NCBI GenBank assembly: GCA_028718965.1
Contig: JAQUKS010000001.1
Location: forward strand, 1-57,213
Source of the DNA: Minisyncoccota bacterium
GTDB lineage: Bacteria > Patescibacteriota > Minisyncoccia > Minisyncoccales > CG1-02-41-26
Direction: 5' to 3'
Length of the DNA stretch: 57,213 bases
The notes below the pieces were generated by a model, which was not told the origin of the DNA, did no database searches, and saw only the letters and a list, made by a program, of their open reading frames with translations. A program made the position numbers and the translations under genes. Below are positions 51,402 through 57,213 of this stretch, in pieces. The stretch's first letter is position 1. Each line of letters begins with the position of its first letter.

Positions 51402-51911
51402 TTATATTCTATATTCAAGCTTTTTTCGTAAGTTATCCATAAATACAATTTTTTCTTTGGCCTCTTTTTTCAACAGCGTTGAGCAAGTCTTAGTGTAAGG
51501 GCTCATCACAAACCGTAATTTATTGTTTCCATAAAGGTGTTTGACAAGCGAATAAAAATCACCATCACTAGAAACGATTATTGCCTGATTATAGCTTAAA
51601 AAATCAATCATTGCCTATAAGACAAGATCGGCATCTATGTTGCCTTTTACATTCCCATCGCTATCTGGAATAGTTGGTTTGAAAACCAAGACATAACCAG
51701 CTTTTTGCAAATCAGAATAAAGCGGTTGATTGCCAGGCATATAACCAACAAAGTAGTATGCCGTGGCTATCGAATATTTTTCAGCGAGATATTTCCTGAA
51801 ACGCCAATAATCCAACTTCCAGCCCAAACTCTGGATACCGAGATTTAAGTTTTGGCCGTCTATAAAAGCGTAGTTATTCTCCATATTCCCATAATGTTTC
51901 CTTGAATTCAA
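51402..51911 (-). pseudogene. NYN-domain gene split by an in-frame TAG
   Basis: The two ORFs are in the same frame: ...GNIDADLVL-TAG(51615-51617)-A-MIDFLSYNQAIIVSSDGDF... Together they reconstitute one LabA-like NYN domain. Confidence 0.7.
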
Positions 51912-51929
51912 TCAAGGAAGCCGTTTATT

Positions 51930-52286
51930 TTATTCTCCTTTGAGTAATTCGTAGACCCTTTCGGCCGCCTTGCCCATGATGTGAAATTCGGTGTCGCCAA
52001 CATTGAAATGAAAACCGCGGATGTCTTTTTTATCGGTGGGAGAAATGCGAAAATTTCTGATTTCGTAATCGCCCGATTGCCAGGCCTTCATATCGTTCGG
52101 CCTGGGGTTGCTAACGTCAAAATCAGAAAAATAATCCGCCGGCCTTTCGCCTTTATTCCGTTTTTCGTTAAGGGTAGCGGGAGTTTGTTCGGCGAGAAAA
52201 GCCCGGATGGCCTTCTCGAATTTGCCCAGATCGTTTTCTTTACCCTCGTTTTTATTTTCAGGCTTTGTTTCAAAATTTTCCGGCAT
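51930..52286 (-). CDS. Hypothetical protein (118 aa)
   Basis: ATG ORF downstream of lysS. No recognisable motif. Confidence 0.45.
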   Translation of the reverse strand: MPENFETKPENKNEGKENDLGKFEKAIRAFLAEQTPATLNEKRNKGERPADYFSDFDVSNPRPNDMKAWQSGDYEIRNFRISPTDKKDIRGFHFNVGDTEFHIMGKAAERVYELLKGE

Positions 52287-52323
52287 ATTTTTTGCTGATT
52301 AAAGCTTAACTAACTAAATTGTT

Positions 52324-53805
52324 TTATCTCGGCCGCATTAGCGGGAATATTTGACATTCTCTGATGGGTTTGTCCATCAAAAAACTGAACAAGCGCTCTG
52401 ATGTGCCGAATCCGCAGGTTGGGGGCATGCCATATTCCAGGGCTTCGACAAAGTCCTGGTCGTTCATCTGGGCTTCCTCGTCGCCGGCTTCTCTGAGTTT
52501 CTGCTGTTCTTTGAATCTTTCGGCCTGATCAATAGGGTCGTTGAGCTCCGAATACCCTTTACCCATCTCGCTGCCAGCCAGCAATACTTGGAATTGCTGG
52601 GTAAACCGGGGGTTCTTTTCGCTCCTTTTGGCCAAGGGCGAGATCACCACCGGTTGGTTTATCAAAAAGCCAGGGCCGGATATTTTTTTGCGGCAATATT
52701 TCCAGAGATTATCAATGGCTCTGGTCTTGTTGAAACCATGCTTGTCGTAATCAATGCCGAGCCTGTTAAGCGCTTTCACTATTTCGTCCATGCCGGCTTC
52801 GGTAATGTCAACGCCGGTGTATTTCTGCACCGTGGACTTGTAATCGTATTTTTCCCATTTCTTGCCCAGATCGACTTCATGCTCCCCTATTTTGAACTTA
52901 AGGGTTGAAAATGTTTTCTTGGCAACGTGTTTATACATCTCTTCGACCAGCTTCATCCCCTGTTCGTAATCAGCGTAAGCCCAGTAAAATTCCATCTGGG
53001 CGTAATCCTGCAAGTGCTCGGGCGACATGCCTTCGTTGCGAAACTGGCGGCCTATTTCAAAGGTTTTTTCAAAACCGGCCACCATCAAACGCTTCTGCCA
53101 GAGCTCGCCCATTGAAATGCGCAAATAGACGTCTATGTCCAAAGCATTGTGGTGCGTCACGAAAGGCTGGGCGTCAGCCCCTCCGGTGGTTGTCTCAAGA
53201 ACAGGCGTTTCCACCTCCATAAAGCCCTTTTTTACGAGGAATTCCCTGATGGAGCTCCAAAATACAGCCCGTTTTTGGACCATTTCTTTTACTTCCGGAT
53301 TGAACAGAATATCCAGGTATCTTTTGCGCAATCTCTCCTCGATATCCTGGAGGCCGTGCCATTTTTCGGGCAAAGGCAAAAGCGATTTGGCCAGTATTCT
53401 GAAGTCAACGGCCTCCAGCGTTTTCTCGCCGGTCTTGCTTTCAATCAAAACGCCTTTCACTTCCACAAAATCGCCGATGTCCATTGTTTCTGTAAAAAAT
53501 TCAAAGCTCTTCTCCCCTATTTTGTCCTGCCTTAAAATAATCTGAATGTTGCCGGGGCCGTTTACGGCGGAGGGCGAGCCATCCTGAATGTTCAAAAACA
53601 GCAAGGCGCCGTGGCCTCTTTGAGCCATTATCCGGCCGGCCAGAACGACTTGCTCGGCCGATCTCTTGAGCTTGGCGAAATCAGCCAGGGCCTGCCCGAC
53701 AGTGTGCGTTCTTTTGCTCGCGGCCGGATAAGGGTCAATCCCGGCCGCTTTAATCTTGCGCAGTTTTTCCAATCTCGCTTTTCTTATTTCATCAATGGCG
53801 CTCAT
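52324..53805 (-). CDS. lysS: Lysyl-tRNA synthetase, class II
   Basis: OB-fold N-domain and class II motifs (FRNEGMSPEHLQDYAQMEFY; GFGTSERL). Confidence 0.95.
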   Translation of the reverse strand: MSAIDEIRKARLEKLRKIKAAGIDPYPAASKRTHTVGQALADFAKLKRSAEQVVLAGRIMAQRGHGALLFLNIQDGSPSAVNGPGNIQIILRQDKIGEKSFEFFTETMDIGDFVEVKGVLIESKTGEKTLEAVDFRILAKSLLPLPEKWHGLQDIEERLRKRYLDILFNPEVKEMVQKRAVFWSSIREFLVKKGFMEVETPVLETTTGGADAQPFVTHHNALDIDVYLRISMGELWQKRLMVAGFEKTFEIGRQFRNEGMSPEHLQDYAQMEFYWAYADYEQGMKLVEEMYKHVAKKTFSTLKFKIGEHEVDLGKKWEKYDYKSTVQKYTGVDITEAGMDEIVKALNRLGIDYDKHGFNKTRAIDNLWKYCRKKISGPGFLINQPVVISPLAKRSEKNPRFTQQFQVLLAGSEMGKGYSELNDPIDQAERFKEQQKLREAGDEEAQMNDQDFVEALEYGMPPTCGFGTSERLFSFLMDKPIRECQIFPLMRPR

Positions 53806-53904
53806 ACTTTTTTGTTTGTTTCAAGTTATTTTCTAATTTTATCAGGTTGGCTGGAAATTTTCAATCACTGATGTTAAAATCAAAACAAATTCAACATAAA
53901 AAAT

Positions 53905-55662
53905 ATGAATCCAGAAAATTTTTGCCTGCGCCCGAATCCGGAAAATCCGAAAGAAAAAACAGAGCAAGAAAAGCCTTTGTTGGAGCCCAGGCGCCTCAAT
54001 TATATTTCAAGCTCGCTGAAACTGCTCAAGCCTGAACGAACGGAGAAAGAAAACGGCCAGGTAGAGGAGGAAAGATGGCAGGATTTGCATGAACGCGTTG
54101 GCGGGTTTGAAAACTCGATCGACTTGTCCGATCAAATAAGGAAAATCGCCGTCGAATGGGTCGGCAAAAAGATACCCGAGCTCAAAAAAGAAGCGCCGAC
54201 GCTCAAAAATCTGCCTGACGAAAAGCTTTCTTTTGCCTTAGCGAACAACTGGTTCAGCGAATTGCCCGAGGTTGAAGGCCAGAGAAGAGAGGTTCTGCTT
54301 GCGGTGATGGCCAGCGTGGCCAAAAGAATAGAAGCAAGGATGTGGTATAAAACGCTGGAACGCATGGACGAGAACGATCTGAACAAAATGGGCATTGACT
54401 CGTCCGAAAGGGATCTGCTGGCGGATCTGCTGAAAACCGGTTCGAAAGCCAACCCTTTGTTCGTGAGATTTCTCGCATACAGCCAGCTCTCCCCCGAGGC
54501 CTCCAAAAAAGCCGGCCTTCAAATGTTCGACGTTCCCGGACAAAAGGAACTGTTTTCCTTGAGCCGGATGTTTCCCAAAGAAACCGGCTTTCTGTCGGCT
54601 AAATTCAAAAAACTTTTTGAGGATTCCAAAGACAAAGCATGGTCAAACAAGCCCGGGGGGCAAGAAATGGCCAGGCTCCTTGAGCTGATGTCCAAAATTT
54701 ACGCGAAAGACACCTCGGCCCCCGAAGCTCAAAGCCTGCAAGAGCAGATCGACCAGGCCAGCGACGAATTGATAAAATCGGCCTTTCCTATCGCAATCAT
54801 TCCTTCGATGGAAGGCATGTATAAAGAAAAGCATGTTGATCCGGAAATAAAGATTTGCGTGAAAAGCAGGGATTGCCTGGAGCAGGACAAAAAGTTTGAA
54901 AAAGCGAAAAACGTCATGGCCGATTGTTTGGAAAAGAGCGGGCTGAAAAAATTCGCCGAAAGCCTGAGCGAGAAAAAAACCCAATCTTTGATAGACATCG
55001 GCGAATTCGGGGTAAACGTGGCTTTTAAGGCAGTGGCCCAGGAGTCAAAAGGCACGAACGTCATTTTCGTGAACGAGCAAAGAAGGAGCTATGACGCTAA
55101 TTTCTCAAAGTATCTTGATTTGATAAGCAACGCCAAAGAGGCTTTCGCGGGAATCAGCGAAGAACAAAAACAAGCCATGGCCAGGATGCTCTCGATGTTC
55201 CACGAGTATTCACATCTGCATCCGGAAGAATCAACCGGCGCCAAACGTTTGGGAGAGAAAGCCGAGGCTGTTATATGCGAAGCCGAAGCAGATTCGGTTT
55301 ACAGGGCTTTTCTGCCCGAAATCATTGAACAAGGAGGAATAGAGGGCACGAAAGAACAATGGGCCTGCGCTATGCTGGCTTCATCGCTCCAAGAGCTCAA
55401 AGACCCGGAGTCTTACGCCAAGTCAGGCGCCTACACCCTGAAAGCGGCTCTTCAGGAGGGAGCAATCAGCTGGAACGCGAACCATCTTACGATCAACGAC
55501 TACGACAAGCTTTTCGCGATTCAGAGAAAATCCGCTCAAGAGATCTTAAGCCTTTACAAGGATACTGCTATGACCGAAAGCAAGGCAAACGCGTGGGTAA
55601 ACAAAAACTGCCTCGATAAAACCGTGAATGAGATAATCGAGTTCATGGCCGAACAGCCGTAA
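53905..55662 (+). CDS. Large hypothetical protein with HExxH and a downstream E-x-E-A-D motif (possible M49/DPP-III-like metallopeptidase)
   Basis: FHEYSHL followed 24 residues later by CEAEAD (compare HExxGH...EECRAE of the M49 family). The rest is unassignable. Confidence 0.4.
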   Translation: MNPENFCLRPNPENPKEKTEQEKPLLEPRRLNYISSSLKLLKPERTEKENGQVEEERWQDLHERVGGFENSIDLSDQIRKIAVEWVGKKIPELKKEAPTLKNLPDEKLSFALANNWFSELPEVEGQRREVLLAVMASVAKRIEARMWYKTLERMDENDLNKMGIDSSERDLLADLLKTGSKANPLFVRFLAYSQLSPEASKKAGLQMFDVPGQKELFSLSRMFPKETGFLSAKFKKLFEDSKDKAWSNKPGGQEMARLLELMSKIYAKDTSAPEAQSLQEQIDQASDELIKSAFPIAIIPSMEGMYKEKHVDPEIKICVKSRDCLEQDKKFEKAKNVMADCLEKSGLKKFAESLSEKKTQSLIDIGEFGVNVAFKAVAQESKGTNVIFVNEQRRSYDANFSKYLDLISNAKEAFAGISEEQKQAMARMLSMFHEYSHLHPEESTGAKRLGEKAEAVICEAEADSVYRAFLPEIIEQGGIEGTKEQWACAMLASSLQELKDPESYAKSGAYTLKAALQEGAISWNANHLTINDYDKLFAIQRKSAQEILSLYKDTAMTESKANAWVNKNCLDKTVNEIIEFMAEQP

Positions 55663-55684
55663 TGCCGGATCGGGAAAAATAATC

Positions 55685-57058
55685 ATGAATGAAAAAGACA
55701 GGATAAAAATAAAAAGCAAAGTCACAGCGAACGGATTGGCCGTAGGGCTTTTCAAAAAAGAATATTGCCTCGCGTATCCGAAAGGCATTTTTGGGTGTCT
55801 GAACGAAAAAGAGCGAAGAATTCTGGCGGAAAACTTTCTCTTTTGCCGCTTGGGAGCGCTGGGGCTGTCCGGCCAAAAGCATAAGATCGAATGGGATTTC
55901 AAAAAGCCCTTTTTTTACGATTTCGTCGATTACGGCCTGAAAAAAGACCTGGCGCGTATCTGCCAGGAAAACAAGATTGATCAGGCGCGTTTGGAAGAAT
56001 CCTGGAAAGCGGGAAAAAAGAATTTCCTTTTTATAAAAACTGGCGGAAAAGAAATTCTGGGCAAACGAAGCGTCAATGATAAAAAAATAATCCTGGCGAT
56101 GTCTTTTGGCAAAGACAGCCTTCTTTCTTACGCTTTGGCCAAAGAGCTGGGGTTCGATGTTTTGCCTGTTTTCGTGCGCGAAATGGAAAACGTCAATCCG
56201 AGGGAGCTCAAACGCAAAGAAAGCATTATGAAAGCCTTCCAAAAGAACGAAGGCCGAAAAACAAAAGTTCTCCTCGATAACATGGACGAGGCTCTTTACC
56301 GCCGAGAATACCAAAAAGAGATGAGATCGGCCGACAACGCCAATGCCATGCTGGCTTTCGCCATGGAGCTTCTGCCTTTCGCTTATTCGGCCAGGGCCCG
56401 CTATATCGTCATGGGCAACGAGCAGAATTTCAACGACAGCTTCGTCAACCGCTGCGGCCGTAAAGCCTATCCCTCTTTTGATCAAAGCGCGGCCTATCTG
56501 GCCAAAATGAACCAGCGCCTGGACGAATTCACCGACAACACTTTGAGGTGTTTGAGCCTGGTCGAGCCGCTTTACAACATAGCCGAATACAAAATATTTT
56601 TTAATCGTTATCCGGATTTGCTACAATACAATATGTCGTGCGATCTGGAAAAAGCGGGTGGAGCGGGCAAGTGGTGCCTGGGGTGCACGATGTGCGCGAG
56701 CTCCTTTCTCTCGTCATGGGCTGTCGGGGGCCGGCCCGAGCAAATGGGCATCAAAGAAGATATGTTCAAGCCGCGATATCGGGATCTCTACATCATATTC
56801 GGCGGCCGGCAGAGCAGTTATGACATGCCCCCGGCCATCATGGAAGAGCAAATGCTGGAGTTCTTGCTGGCCATGAAAAACGGAGCCAAAGGCCATCTGA
56901 TGGAGCTTTTCAAAAAAAAGTTCCTAAGGCAAGCCCTGGCCAAAGAAGCCTGTTTCAGAAAAAAATACTTCGGAATCCACTCCTCTGACAACATTCCCCG
57001 AACCATCAGAACGTCTTTGCTCAAAATTTTCAAACAAGAATTAAAATCATTGCAATAA
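55685..57058 (+). CDS. PP-loop (adenine nucleotide alpha-hydrolase) superfamily protein
   Basis: ILAMSFGKDSLLS matches the SxGxDS PP-loop. A C-terminal Cys cluster (CDLEKAGGAGKWCLGCTMC) is present. Confidence 0.55.
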   Translation: MNEKDRIKIKSKVTANGLAVGLFKKEYCLAYPKGIFGCLNEKERRILAENFLFCRLGALGLSGQKHKIEWDFKKPFFYDFVDYGLKKDLARICQENKIDQARLEESWKAGKKNFLFIKTGGKEILGKRSVNDKKIILAMSFGKDSLLSYALAKELGFDVLPVFVREMENVNPRELKRKESIMKAFQKNEGRKTKVLLDNMDEALYRREYQKEMRSADNANAMLAFAMELLPFAYSARARYIVMGNEQNFNDSFVNRCGRKAYPSFDQSAAYLAKMNQRLDEFTDNTLRCLSLVEPLYNIAEYKIFFNRYPDLLQYNMSCDLEKAGGAGKWCLGCTMCASSFLSSWAVGGRPEQMGIKEDMFKPRYRDLYIIFGGRQSSYDMPPAIMEEQMLEFLLAMKNGAKGHLMELFKKKFLRQALAKEACFRKKYFGIHSSDNIPRTIRTSLLKIFKQELKSLQ

Positions 57059-57094
57059 ACCCCGGGCATTCCGGAGCGCGTTGAAAATAAAAAT

Positions 57095-57213
57095 ATGAAA
57101 AATGAAAACAGCTTTGTCGGCAAAACTATACTTTTGGTGAACACCGGGTCGGCCAAAAAACGTTTTATTCTGCGCCAGCTGAAAAAAATGGGGTTGGTGG
57201 TCGTTTGCCTGGA
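57095..57213 (+). CDS. 5' end of a gene, possibly ATP-grasp family (partial)
   Basis: MKNENSFVGKTILLVNTGSAKKRFILRQLKKMGLVVVCL resembles pre-ATP-grasp N-termini. Only 39 codons are visible. Confidence 0.3.
   Translation, partial: MKNENSFVGKTILLVNTGSAKKRFILRQLKKMGLVVVCL

Noticed and set aside
20925-51911. Stop-codon reassignment as an explanation for the in-frame TAA (hicA-like) and TAG (NYN).
   Set aside because: The two cases use different stop codons. TAA is seen ending well-defined neighbouring genes at expected lengths (for example valS and the CYTH gene), and I saw no well-defined gene that reads through a TAG. Both interrupted genes are toxin-like, so simple nonsense inactivation is more parsimonious.
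55643-56485. 280-aa minus-strand ORF opposite the PP-loop gene.
   Set aside because: The plus-strand frame carries a clear SxGxDS PP-loop and is contiguous with its neighbours. The minus-strand frame is Phe-rich shadow sequence.
1-57213. CRISPR arrays, rRNA genes, transposases or integrases.
   Set aside because: None were found on reading the sequence. No regularly spaced direct repeats, no rRNA-like stretches, and no ORF with DDE, tyrosine-recombinase or serine-recombinase motifs.

Overview
This 57.2 kb window is coded almost entirely on the minus strand. Gene content suggests a small-genome bacterium, possibly Patescibacteria/CPR-like; that call rests on compact aaRS genes, archaeal/eukaryote-type glucan enzymes and weak or absent SD sequences.

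Housekeeping content:
- Five aaRS genes: a partial argS-like gene, proS, valS, serS and lysS.
- pyrH, murC, glmS, murF, a FemAB-family gene, an ftsQ-like gene and tRNA-Lys(UUU).
- A grpE-dnaK-dnaJ operon.
- A co-directional alpha-glucan cluster: ROK kinase, GT4/5 synthase, GH57, GT3 glycogen synthase and a debranching enzyme.

Accessory content, which looks AT-rich by eye (not computed):
- A decayed hicB/hicA pair.
- A Fic/methyltransferase/isochorismatase islet.
- A roughly 12 kb co-directional defence-like island at 39.9-52.3 kb. It holds a PD-(D/E)xK protein, a GIY-YIG-like/SF2 helicase, two methyltransferase ORFs, a ClpP/SDH-fold protease with three orphan proteins, MazG-like, NYN and CYTH genes, a STAS-like plus HTH-GHKL pair, and a nonsense-split NYN gene.

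Most noteworthy non-coding signals:
- A T-box-like leader upstream of serS with a very short Stem I.
- A CIRCE-like inverted repeat overlapping a consensus promoter, in front of an operon whose first gene is an HTH-HNH protein rather than hrcA.
- A 28-bp perfect palindrome over the promoter of the HTH-GHKL gene.
- Four orphan plus-strand promoter-to-terminator units that may be small RNAs.

All functional calls come from reading motifs in the translations. No database search was run.
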